Positions 34,560 to 43,007 of a stretch of DNA of 64,000 nt are shown here, in pieces. A program made the position numbers and the translations under genes. Numbering within the stretch: position 1 is the first letter of the stretch; every line of letters starts with the position of its first letter. The notes below the pieces were generated by a model. The model had not been told where the DNA came from, did not search any database, and saw only the letters and a list, made by a program, of their open reading frames with translations. Source of the stretch: Candidatus Woesearchaeota archaeon (GTDB lineage Archaea > Nanobdellota > Nanobdellia > Woesearchaeales > UBA10216); assembly GCA_016192915.1 (NCBI GenBank), contig JACPTF010000007.1:38623-102622 (forward strand), written 5' to 3'.

Positions 34560-34805
34560 GGGCCGGTAGTTAAACCTGGTAAAGGGTTACTGTTAGCGCT
34601 CTCCAGAGTAACGCGCCGCTGGCCGCGGTGTGACCCTTTTTAGAAAAGGGTCAATCAAACCCAAATCGTGCCGTGCACGATTGGGCCCAGTCGGCTAAAG
34701 CCGACTTGGGAACCGTAAAGGCTTCGGGTTCAAACAGCCCTTTTGTTCGCCACTGCTCACAAAAGCGCTGGCGGAAAAACGGGCCTGAAAGTCCCGACCG
34801 GTCCA
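34560..34805 (+). tRNA. tRNA-Ala (anticodon GGC) with three non-canonical introns
   Basis: GGGCCGG/CCGGTCC acceptor with G3:U70 and A73. D arm GTTA-AACCTGGTA | ~27 nt | TAAC. Anticodon arm CGCCG-CTGGCCG-CGGTG. Variable-region intron ~34631-34718. T arm TCGGG-TTCAAA | 34735-34791 | T-CCCGA. Confidence 0.6.
34629..34710 (+). repeat. composite element (GTGACCC..GGTCAATC hairpin + twin-hairpin copy F) forming the tRNA-Ala variable-region intron
   Basis: tgtgaccctttttagaaaagggtcaatcaaa, then CCCAAATCGtgccgtgcaCGATTGGG CCCAGTCGgctaaagcCGACTTGGG. Confidence 0.8.
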
Positions 34806-34861
34806 CTCAATCTTTTTAGTTGCTCTGGCAACCAAAAAGCTTGACCAAAAACGGTGGATAA

Positions 34862-35761
34862 ATGAAAAATGCCGGACTAGTTTACGCTGTTTTATCATCC
34901 CTGTTCCTATCAACAGGCTTCATCCTTGCAAAGCACTTTCTCCAGTACACCAATCCTGAAACCCTGAACACGCTGTGGTTCGGGATTGCGTTTGTAGTTT
35001 CGATTACCCTGCTGCTGGCAAGGAACGCTTCGAAAACCCTGAGGACGTTTAGGGAGCACTGGAAAGACGGCGTTGTCATTGGGGGGGCTAACGCTGTTGC
35101 CGCAGCCTTCTGGTTCCAGGCGATAAACATTGCAGGCCCAACCCTGACGGCGTTTCTGGTGAGGTTCAGCACAATCTTCATCATATTCCTGGGAATATTT
35201 TTCCTGAAGGAAAAACTGCACACGCAAGACATAGCTGGCATGGTGATTGCGCTGGCTGGCGCTTTTACGATAAGCTTTGCCAACGGCGAATACCTAACAA
35301 CGGGAGTGGCAGTAGCGCTTGCAGCCTCTTTTGCAATAGCTGTGCATCAGGTGCTGTCAAAGGTTTACGTCAAGAGCATAAACCCTCTGGCACTTGTTAG
35401 CTTAAGGACGCTTTACACCGCGCTGTTCCTGCTCATATACGCTGTTGCCTTTTCAAAACTCCAGCCCTTTCCGGTAAGCCAGCTGCCCCTCCTTACCCTT
35501 GCGGTAGCAGTTAATGCTGTTCTCGGCTTTGTCTTCTTCTACAAGGCGCTTGAGCTCCTGGATGTCTCAAAGGTTGCGATAATAAGAACCCTTGACCCCT
35601 TCGTTGTTGTAATTTATGCGCTTATCGCATTCCACACTCTGCCATCGCTGCAGCAATTCCTAGGAGGCACCCTTGTTGTAGCTGGGGTGCTTGTAACAAT
35701 GTACGGCCATGCAATACAAACTCTTCTTAGAACAGTAAAAGGACTACCTTGGTTCGGATAA
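34862..35761 (+). CDS. EamA/DMT-family transporter
   Basis: 299 aa, ~10 TM helices in two repeated halves. Confidence 0.75.
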   Translation: MKNAGLVYAVLSSLFLSTGFILAKHFLQYTNPETLNTLWFGIAFVVSITLLLARNASKTLRTFREHWKDGVVIGGANAVAAAFWFQAINIAGPTLTAFLVRFSTIFIIFLGIFFLKEKLHTQDIAGMVIALAGAFTISFANGEYLTTGVAVALAASFAIAVHQVLSKVYVKSINPLALVSLRTLYTALFLLIYAVAFSKLQPFPVSQLPLLTLAVAVNAVLGFVFFYKALELLDVSKVAIIRTLDPFVVVIYALIAFHTLPSLQQFLGGTLVVAGVLVTMYGHAIQTLLRTVKGLPWFG

Positions 35762-35813
35762 CGCAACACAAAAATTTTATAAACAACCAAGCATCCGCTG
35801 AATCTTAATAAAA

Positions 35814-36263
35814 ATGGCCACAGCAAAAAACATCACCGGCAGCGGTGGCAAAGCCAGCGACTGCATCTTCTGCAAGATAATCGAAGGAAGCCTGCCTGCG
35901 TACAAGGTTTACGAAGACAGCAGCGTCATTGCTTTCCTTGATATTTTCCCGATACACCCTGGCCACACGCTTGTTGTTCCGAAAAAGCATTACGTTGACA
36001 TCTTTGACACTCCAGACCCTGAGTTGCAGAACGTTATTGCGGCAGCTAAGAAAATAGCGCCTGCGGTAATGAAGGCAACAAAAGCAGACGGAATAAACAT
36101 TGGCATGAACAACAAGCCCGCTTCCGGGCAGGTTGTCATGCACGTGCACCTCCACGTTATCCCAAGGTACAAGGACGACGGGCTGAAGACATGGCCCCAG
36201 AAGCCGTACAACAACGACGCAGAGAAAGAGCACGTCATGGAAAGGATAAAGGCATCGCTTTAG
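35814..36263 (+). CDS. HIT-family (histidine triad) protein
   Basis: CIFCKII...HTLVVPKKH...HVHLHVIPR. Confidence 0.85.
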   Translation: MATAKNITGSGGKASDCIFCKIIEGSLPAYKVYEDSSVIAFLDIFPIHPGHTLVVPKKHYVDIFDTPDPELQNVIAAAKKIAPAVMKATKADGINIGMNNKPASGQVVMHVHLHVIPRYKDDGLKTWPQKPYNNDAEKEHVMERIKASL

Positions 36264-36316
36264 CAGCCGTTTTCTCAAAAACCTTTATAAAACGCTTATC
36301 GTTCGTTTTCTGTCAT

Positions 36317-36503
36317 GTCGGGATAACTCAGCCTGGCTAGAGTGCGGCGCTCATATGTTTGAGCGATGAGCCGGCATTGCTGGCGATGAACTTACTCTAC
36401 CAGAACGGGGAGACGCCGTTGTCGCGAGTTCAAACAGCCCTTTTTCCTCGTGCGCTCGGCAAAAGCGCTGGCGGAAAACGGCCTGGAAGTCTCGCTCCCG
36501 ACA
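36317..36503 (+). tRNA. tRNA-Met/Ile2-type (anticodon CAU) with two introns
   Basis: GTCGGGA-TA-ACTC-AGCCTGGCTA-GAGT-G-CGGCG-CTCATA | 36356-36412 | A-CGCCG-TTGTC-GCGAG-TTCAAA | 36435-36489 | T-CTCGC-TCCCGAC-A. Not initiator-like (no G29-31). Confidence 0.7.
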
Positions 36504-36534
36504 TGTTTTCAATAGAGCTATTAATGCAATTGAC

Positions 36535-37716
36535 ATGAAAATCGCGCTCGTATGCCCTTATGACATAGCATACCCTGGCGGGGTAACCAATCACATTACT
36601 CATTTTGCCCGCTATGCCCGCAAGATGGGGCATGATGTTACAATAATCGCTCCAGCATCAAGAAAAATTGCCAGCGAGGGATTTGTCAGCGCAGGAAAGG
36701 CGGTTCCGCTGCCTGTGAAAGGCGGGACGGTTTCAAGGCTGGGGCTCTCTTTCTGGAACTTCCCTAAAATAAAAAAACTTTTCAACAGCTCAAAATTTGA
36801 CGTCATACACGTTCACGAGCCAGAGGCGCCCCTCCTCGGCCTGTTTGCACTGGCCTACGCAACCCACTACAAAAGCGCCATAATCGCAACATTCCACACA
36901 AACTCGCCACACAACGCCTTTACAAAGGCGTATAGCGCATTCCTCAAATCAACCAGCATCCAACAGTTCCTCATGAAAAAGATAGACGCAAGGATAGCTG
37001 TCTCAAAAGCAGCAAGGCAATTCATTGCCAGATACGCCACGGGGGAATACACCATAATCCCAAACGGAGTTGACACTAGAAAATTCACGCCAAAAGCGAA
37101 ACCCATTGAAAAATTCAGGGACGGAAACCTGAACCTGCTGTTTGTCGGAAGGCTCGGCAACAATGAGAAGAGGAAAGGCCTGAAATACCTTGTCACGGCA
37201 TTCAACAAGCTGCACAGAACCCACCCAAACACGAGGCTAATAGTAGTCGGACCCGGAAAGCCTGACGGAGAAACGAAAAAGCTGCTCAGGCGATACGGCA
37301 ACAGAAGCATAGTATTCGCAGGAAAAGCAACTTCCGAAGAATTGCCAAGGTACTATGCAACGGCAGACATCTTCTGCTCACCAGCAACCCATGGCGAAAG
37401 CTTTGGAATGGTCCTCGCAGAAGCCATGGCATCTGGAAAGCCTGTGGTTGCCTCGGACATTGACGGCTACAGGGAAGTCCTTGGCAAAAGCGGCAAAGCC
37501 GGGATTCTTGTGCAGCCAAAAAATGCTGATGAGCTTGCAGCGGCACTTGAAAAGCTGGCAGACAGCGGCCCACTGAGGAAAAGAATGGGCGCCAACGGCC
37601 GCTGGCTTGTGCAAGGGCAATTCAGCTGGGACGTTGTTGCGCTGCAGGTTCTGGAAGTTTATGAGAAAGTTATTGCGGCAAAACGGCAGCGAAAAATAGT
37701 AACTGCAAAAGTTTGA
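36535..37716 (+). CDS. GT4-family glycosyltransferase
   Basis: ESFGMVLAEAMASGKPVVASDIDGYREV (E-x7-E region). Two Rossmann halves. Confidence 0.85.
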   Translation: MKIALVCPYDIAYPGGVTNHITHFARYARKMGHDVTIIAPASRKIASEGFVSAGKAVPLPVKGGTVSRLGLSFWNFPKIKKLFNSSKFDVIHVHEPEAPLLGLFALAYATHYKSAIIATFHTNSPHNAFTKAYSAFLKSTSIQQFLMKKIDARIAVSKAARQFIARYATGEYTIIPNGVDTRKFTPKAKPIEKFRDGNLNLLFVGRLGNNEKRKGLKYLVTAFNKLHRTHPNTRLIVVGPGKPDGETKKLLRRYGNRSIVFAGKATSEELPRYYATADIFCSPATHGESFGMVLAEAMASGKPVVASDIDGYREVLGKSGKAGILVQPKNADELAAALEKLADSGPLRKRMGANGRWLVQGQFSWDVVALQVLEVYEKVIAAKRQRKIVTAKV

Positions 37717-37749
37717 ACGCCGGGACAGTACGGCGTCTTTGAAAGATAA

Positions 37750-37889
37750 CGCCGCGGCAGGGACTTTCAACACTCGTTGAAAGCTACGAGCTCTCAGCGA
37801 GTTTGTTTGAACCCCGAAGCCCTTGCGGGCACCAGTTTGCTTTTCTGCAAGTTCAAGACTGGCGCACTACCAGGTTATGCGACCGCGGC
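37750..37889 (-). tRNA. tRNA-Ser (anticodon UGA) with two introns
   Basis: GCCGCGG-TC-GCAT-AACCTGGTA-GTGC-G-CCAGT-CTTGAA | 14 nt 37851..37838 | A-ACTGG-TGCCCGCAAGGGCTT-CGGGG-TTCAAA | 42 nt 37805..37764 | T-CCCTG-CCGCGGC-G. Confidence 0.75.
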
Positions 37890-38070
37890 AATAAGGGCAG
37901 TGCCTGCCCTTATCAACCCTCGCACTACGACGAAGGCAATAAGGGCAGTGCCTGCCCTTATCAACCCTCGCACTACGACGAAGGCAATAAGGGCACTCCC
38001 TTCGGTCGCGCCCCTATCACCCCTGCGCCGGCGATGATAGAGCACTCGCAAAGCTCGCTCCCTTATCAAC
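37888..38070 (-). repeat. 48-nt tandem repeat (2 perfect units + degenerate units) of the leader hairpin upstream of tRNA-Ser(UGA)
   Basis: Units at 37888-37935 and 37936-37983 are identical. The third diverges after 13 nt. A further GATAAGGGAG...CCCTTATCAACC-like unit ends at ~38070. Confidence 0.85.
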
Positions 38071-38144
38071 CCCACGGCGATTAAGAAGTTGTTATTTAAA
38101 CTTAATTGTTATAGCAGCAGAAGTTTTTGGCTTTACCAGCATCA

Positions 38145-38777
38145 TTACTTGTAGTATGGGCTGTAGTCAAGCCTTATGCCGAGTTTTTTGCTTATAAGCC
38201 TTGCAAAGAAAAAGTTTGAAAGCACAGCCTGCGCAAACACGCCCAGCTCAGCAAGCCGTCTTGTCTTGGCAAAGCTTACCAGAACAACATCCCCTTCTTT
38301 CAGCTTGAACTGCCTCTGTATCTGAGTAAAGACGTAAGTGTCGGTCTCCGCCATCTTCAGCCTGCCCCGCCTGTAAAAAAGAACAAAAGCGGCGTCAGCC
38401 CCTATCCTTACAGCAACGTCCCTCACATTAACAACGTCAATAGTTTCCCTTGTCTTCTCATGAAGCTTGAAGCCCTCCTTGAGCTGGACCGCGGAATTGT
38501 TCAACTCAGAGTAAAAGTCCGTGTATGATACGTGCTCAGGCAGCGTCAAGAGCTTTCTCATATCAACTAGCAGCCTTCTGCCGTTTTTGTCAAGGGCATG
38601 TCCTTCCTTTGTGGAACTGATGATGCCACGCTTTTTCAGAATGCCCAAAAGAGCCTTTACGGTTCCCTCGCCCAAATCTAAGTCCTCACTCAGGCTTTTT
38701 CTGCCCGTGCTCCTCTCGAGCCTTATCAGGCACCTGAGCACATCCAATGGCCTGTAGTTCGGCATGTTCCCAACCAT
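38145..38777 (-). CDS. wHTH-domain protein (putative regulator)
   Basis: N-terminal GRKSLSEDLDLGEGTVKALLGILKKRGIISSTKEGHAL. Confidence 0.45.
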   Translation of the reverse strand: MVGNMPNYRPLDVLRCLIRLERSTGRKSLSEDLDLGEGTVKALLGILKKRGIISSTKEGHALDKNGRRLLVDMRKLLTLPEHVSYTDFYSELNNSAVQLKEGFKLHEKTRETIDVVNVRDVAVRIGADAAFVLFYRRGRLKMAETDTYVFTQIQRQFKLKEGDVVLVSFAKTRRLAELGVFAQAVLSNFFFARLISKKLGIRLDYSPYYK

Positions 38778-38913
38778 GCTGGTTCAGCATTTGCGCGGAT
38801 TATTTAAACCTGCCGCTGCCAGTAAAGTTATAGGTGGTTGTTGGATATGATGTCCAGAAGATAGAAAAGTATTTTAACCTGTTGGATGTTATGTCCAATA
38901 AAGGGGGATTTAT

Positions 38914-39582
38914 TTGAACGAAAGCATTCTTGAAAGCGTGAAAGAAAGCGATGTAAAGCTTGTAAAAAAAGAGTCGCTGTCAAAACTGGCCGTTTTTGCC
39001 CTGCAAAAACAGGTTGAAGTCCTCAAGCTGAAGGAGTTTGCCGTGATGATTGGCTTCATATTTGCCGCAACCTTCCTTCGCGGCCTGCTAAAGTCATTCC
39101 CAAGCTCGTTGCCAAGCGTTGAGCCCATAACCTTTTTTGCAATACTTACAGGCTGGCTTTTCGGTCCAATCAAGGGATTCACTGTTGGTTCATCATCGCT
39201 TTTCCTGTCTAACTTCATGGTGCTTGGCGGCCAGGGCTTGTGGACACCCTTCCAAATGGTTGGTTTTGGCGCTGCCGGGTTCCTGGGTGGGTTCTTGAGG
39301 AAAAAGGCTTCAATCATTGAAGTTGCCGCTGTGACGCTTGCCGCTACAGCCCTTTACGAGATTTTCATAAACTTTGCTTCAATCCTTTTTGGCGGCTACA
39401 GCATATTTGCCGCGTTCATCTTTTCCATACCCTTCTCATTGGCCCATATCGGCAGCAACTTTGCGTTTTCACTTGGGCTTCCTGCGGCAAAACGGGTTGT
39501 TGACCGTGCAGGAGGCTTTTCGGATGCCAAGCATTTCGCAGAGCTTGTTTCAGGCTTAAAGTCGCGAAAAGATGGCAAATGA
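38914..39582 (+). CDS. ECF-transporter S-component-like membrane protein
   Basis: TTG start after AAGGGGG. Six predicted TM segments. VEPITFFAILTGWLFGPIKGF resembles S-component helices. Confidence 0.45.
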   Translation: MNESILESVKESDVKLVKKESLSKLAVFALQKQVEVLKLKEFAVMIGFIFAATFLRGLLKSFPSSLPSVEPITFFAILTGWLFGPIKGFTVGSSSLFLSNFMVLGGQGLWTPFQMVGFGAAGFLGGFLRKKASIIEVAAVTLAATALYEIFINFASILFGGYSIFAAFIFSIPFSLAHIGSNFAFSLGLPAAKRVVDRAGGFSDAKHFAELVSGLKSRKDGK

Positions 39583-40925
39583 AAAAACTAATGTTCCTAT
39601 TGGCATTATCCTTAGCCCTGTTGGCAATCCCTGCCGTTGCCGATACGGGAATATTAGTTGAATATCCTGATGGCACGGCAGACACGTTTTGCGTGAGGAC
39701 AGAGAGCAAGCTGTCAGGTTATGGCTTGCTCCAGAAATCAAAGTTTTCCACAGAATGGTCTGCAAGCAGCTCTTTCGGAAGGCTGCTTTGCAAGGTCAAT
39801 GGGATTGGCACGGATGTCAAGGGTACCAGTTGTGAATTCAACGGTGAATTCTGGGGTTTCTTCCTGAAATCAGGCAGCACTTGGGAGTTTTCCCCGGTTG
39901 GGCTTGAGTCACAAGGGGACTGCTGGGATGGCAGGTTTACCTCATTCATAGGGCATTACTGCGCGCAAGGAGGCGACTTGATTGCCCTCAAGTTTGGCGA
40001 TGGAAGCAAGAAGCCAAAAGAGACAATTTTTACAGACGTTTGCAGGCAATACGTGCAAATCGGGAAAGTTTCCGCAACAGTTGGCAGCAGGAAAAAGGCA
40101 GTTTCACAAGGGGCCACAATAAAAGACGCAAAGCCTGCGTCTCCCCTTGCTTTTGAGGTAAAGGTCCAGAACGGCGCCAACGGCCCTGATTTTGACAATG
40201 TGGAGCTTAGCCTGGTAATTGAGGGCCTTGACATTGACTCTGTTGAGGATATTGGGAGGCTTGGGCCAGGCAATGATGATGAAGAAATGTTTGAAGAGGA
40301 GGTGCCCGATGATGCTGAAGATGGCACTTACCCTGCATTCATCAAGGTAACGGGCACGGACACGTCAGGCAATGTGCACAAGGCAGAGATTTCGTTCAGT
40401 ATTGAAGTGGAAAGGAAACGGCATGAGCTCAAATTAATAGAAGCTGGCACGCAACAGGAAGTTGGATGCTTGCTTCCTGCAGAGGTTTCATTCACAGTGG
40501 CAAATTACGGAAGAAGCGATGAGAAGAAAGCGAGAATCAACTTTAGCACAACAGACTCATTTTCAGGCCTTGACTTTTCAGTGGACTCTGGCTCTGAATA
40601 CTTCAATTCAGCAAGAATCGGGCTTACAGGGCAGGGCACAAAGGAGATCCGGCTATCAGTTTATGATTCACAGGGCAAGCTCCAGGACGAGCAAGTTATT
40701 TTAACTTCCTATGAAGGCTGCCAAGAGCCTGAACCACGCACGACCAGCCAAGCCCAACCGGTAAACACAAACGACCAAACACCTGCCCAGGTTTTCCAAA
40801 GCACTCCGGAAACTGCAGCAAAGAATGATGATACTGAAAAGAGAATGATGTTCATGGCCATCCTCACAGGATATGGCGTCCTGCTCATACTTACAGCAGC
40901 CGTGATTGCCATCATGAGGAGATAA
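39579..40925 (+). CDS. secreted DUF4430-like + CARDB-like protein with C-terminal TM anchor
   Basis: ATGA overlap with the upstream gene. Signal peptide. GYGLL...VNGIGTD...EFWGFFLKSGSTWEFSPVG...GGDLIALKFG (transcobalamin-like). Acidic CARDB-like module. Terminal TM. Confidence 0.5.
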   Translation: MKKLMFLLALSLALLAIPAVADTGILVEYPDGTADTFCVRTESKLSGYGLLQKSKFSTEWSASSSFGRLLCKVNGIGTDVKGTSCEFNGEFWGFFLKSGSTWEFSPVGLESQGDCWDGRFTSFIGHYCAQGGDLIALKFGDGSKKPKETIFTDVCRQYVQIGKVSATVGSRKKAVSQGATIKDAKPASPLAFEVKVQNGANGPDFDNVELSLVIEGLDIDSVEDIGRLGPGNDDEEMFEEEVPDDAEDGTYPAFIKVTGTDTSGNVHKAEISFSIEVERKRHELKLIEAGTQQEVGCLLPAEVSFTVANYGRSDEKKARINFSTTDSFSGLDFSVDSGSEYFNSARIGLTGQGTKEIRLSVYDSQGKLQDEQVILTSYEGCQEPEPRTTSQAQPVNTNDQTPAQVFQSTPETAAKNDDTEKRMMFMAILTGYGVLLILTAAVIAIMRR

Positions 40926-40928
40926 AAA

Positions 40929-41468
40929 TCACATCTTGAGCAGCTCTGGCCTTCGCATCGCGCCGTACTCGTACTGGTAAAGGTTCAGGAAGGCCTTTAT
41001 GGTTGAGTGCAGCTGGATGCAGTTCTCAACAAGAAGCTCCTCATACTGGGTGCTGTAAGTCCTGTAAATGAACTTGTCAAAAAGCGTTCTTATGAAAAAA
41101 TAGAATGGCTTAGACTCCCAGCGGTCTTCGTAATCAGTGTCAAGGTAGCCGTCCATGACTATGTTAACCTTGCCCTTGCTAAAGTTGACCCTCTTGCCCT
41201 CTTCCTCCACCACAACGTCCTTGAGGTTCAGAATCTTCATGTTGACCTTGATGACGTGCCTTGCGTAGTCCGTTATCTTCTTCCACGGCAGAAGCTCAAG
41301 CTCTATGAACTTGCCGCTGGGCTTCACATGCTCCTGGTTTCTCTGCTCCCTGGTGTCAAAGCCCTTGTCCTTGAGCCACTGGTTAATCAACGAATATAGC
41401 TCATGAAGGTCAAAAAGCCCCTCATACGAAAGGGTCATGTGGTCAACTACGAGTCTTCTTTCCGCCAT
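40929..41468 (-). CDS. hypothetical protein (paralog A)
   Basis: 179 aa. Shares G.FDL..LY......W.K.K.F...E ... IK.FL with 41507..42187. Confidence 0.45.
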   Translation of the reverse strand: MAERRLVVDHMTLSYEGLFDLHELYSLINQWLKDKGFDTREQRNQEHVKPSGKFIELELLPWKKITDYARHVIKVNMKILNLKDVVVEEEGKRVNFSKGKVNIVMDGYLDTDYEDRWESKPFYFFIRTLFDKFIYRTYSTQYEELLVENCIQLHSTIKAFLNLYQYEYGAMRRPELLKM

Positions 41469-41506
41469 GCCGAATTACCTCAATCCTCAAGTATTTCAAT
41501 TTAACC

Positions 41507-42187
41507 CTATCTTGCCCCGAGCTTCAAAAATTCCTTAATCCTGTTGTTCAGGCTGTAAAGCTCGTAATAAAGCTGGTCCCAGTACAGGCCGGTCAGCTCC
41601 CTATACATGACCCATTTAAACATTAACGCATGAAGCCTCCTTTCAAGGTTGCTGGCATTCCATCTTGGCTTGCCGAAGATATCAGAATAAGGCGCTTCTA
41701 TGTCGCCAGTTATGGTTATTATCATCCTGACATTCACCATCTTCTTTTTCTGGCCATTCTTGATTACCTCAACATCATAGTCTCCCCACATGTGCATGTG
41801 CACAAAGACGAGCTCCCTCGCATAGCTGCTCCTCTTCCTTTCAGCTTCCCACCTCACTTCCAGTTCCGGAGGCTTGCTTTTAAAGAGGCGCTCGTGCAGC
41901 TCAAACCTCTTTTCCTTGAACCAGAGAGCCATCGTCTTGTAAAGCCCGTCCAGGTCGAAGATGCCCTTGTACTTGATGCGGTGCGGATACCAGCCAATCC
42001 TTGACTGGTCTGTCCAGCTTTTTTCAGACGCGTAGGCGCTTGGATTATGAACGGGCACAGGACCATGAGCCGGATAATCCGCTTCCTCCTTTTTGGTGCC
42101 TAACAGAGGAATAACTTGCAGGATACCCTGTAGAAATCCCCCTTTTTTGCCAGCAGCAGCTGGCGTGCCATGCGCACCTTCGGCCAT
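41507..42187 (-). CDS. hypothetical protein (paralog B, N-terminal extension)
   Basis: 226 aa. Its C-terminal 160 aa are a paralog of 40929..41468. Confidence 0.45.
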   Translation of the reverse strand: MAEGAHGTPAAAGKKGGFLQGILQVIPLLGTKKEEADYPAHGPVPVHNPSAYASEKSWTDQSRIGWYPHRIKYKGIFDLDGLYKTMALWFKEKRFELHERLFKSKPPELEVRWEAERKRSSYARELVFVHMHMWGDYDVEVIKNGQKKKMVNVRMIITITGDIEAPYSDIFGKPRWNASNLERRLHALMFKWVMYRELTGLYWDQLYYELYSLNNRIKEFLKLGAR

Positions 42188-42244
42188 ACAGCAGACTCTG
42201 GCTCAGACAGCTTATAAAGATTTCGAAATACAACCGGTAAACTC

Positions 42245-42829
42245 TCAGAACCCTATCGTTGACACGAACTTCTTCCTGCTTGTAGAGCATTTTGTGCAGA
42301 GAAAATCCCCCTCAACCTCGTAAAGCTTGGGAAAGAACTGCCCGCAATTGTCGCATGTGCCTTCAACAGGATAGCGGCTGCTGGTAAGCTTCTGCTCCTC
42401 CTCCCTCAGAACTATCTTATCAACCAAAAGGTCAAACAGCTGGGGCTGAATCTTGAGAATATCCTTCAGAGTTAGCAAACCAACAAGCTTGTTGCTGTTT
42501 TCCTTATCAACAACAGGAAGCTGCCTTGTCTCATAATCACGCATCGTAATCAAGGCATCGTAAATGTCCATTTTGGGTTCAATCGTCGCAACCTTGACAA
42601 GCATAACATCAGCAGCGGTTGTGCTGTCAACGTCAAGGCCCTCTGCAAGAACATTCCTGATTAGGACATCGTCTGTAATGTGGCCGCAGAGCATGTCGCC
42701 CTCCTTAACCACCAGGGAGCTCACGTTGTTTTCCTTCATCACTGTTGCGCATTCCCTGATAGTTGTTTCAGGCGTAACTGCAATAGGCTTCCTCGTCATG
42801 ACATCACAAACCCTGTAGCCCGTTTGCAT
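42245..42829 (-). CDS. CBS-domain pair protein with C-terminal zinc ribbon
   Basis: VCDVMTRKPIAVTPETTIRE..., two CBS repeats, then CDNCGQFF...FLCTKC. Internal ATG start chosen. Confidence 0.7.
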   Translation of the reverse strand: MQTGYRVCDVMTRKPIAVTPETTIRECATVMKENNVSSLVVKEGDMLCGHITDDVLIRNVLAEGLDVDSTTAADVMLVKVATIEPKMDIYDALITMRDYETRQLPVVDKENSNKLVGLLTLKDILKIQPQLFDLLVDKIVLREEEQKLTSSRYPVEGTCDNCGQFFPKLYEVEGDFLCTKCSTSRKKFVSTIGF

Positions 42830-43007
42830 ACTAATTCCCCAATTCCTCAGCTTAGATTCCATTCTTAATAAACTTAACTGTAAACCGGAATACATGTTTA
42901 TATAAAATTTAAACAATCCGCGAATTTTGGCAAGATTAATAAGGTGAAAAACACTCCCCTCCAGCGTGAAAGCCCCGAAAACTCCAAAAGCAAAGGCAGA
43001 AGAAGGA

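Noticed and set aside
37888-38070. Possible CRISPR array (repeated hairpin units)
   Set aside because: The units are directly abutting 48-nt tandem copies with no unique spacers. Only about two are perfect. No cas genes are in the window. The twin-hairpin copies elsewhere are dispersed rather than arrayed.
37777-38084. ORFs over the 48-nt tandem repeat (37777..38037, 37803..38084, 37875..38075)
   Set aside because: Their repeated peptide segments simply mirror the DNA repeat. They overlap tRNA-Ser(UGA) and its leader hairpins.
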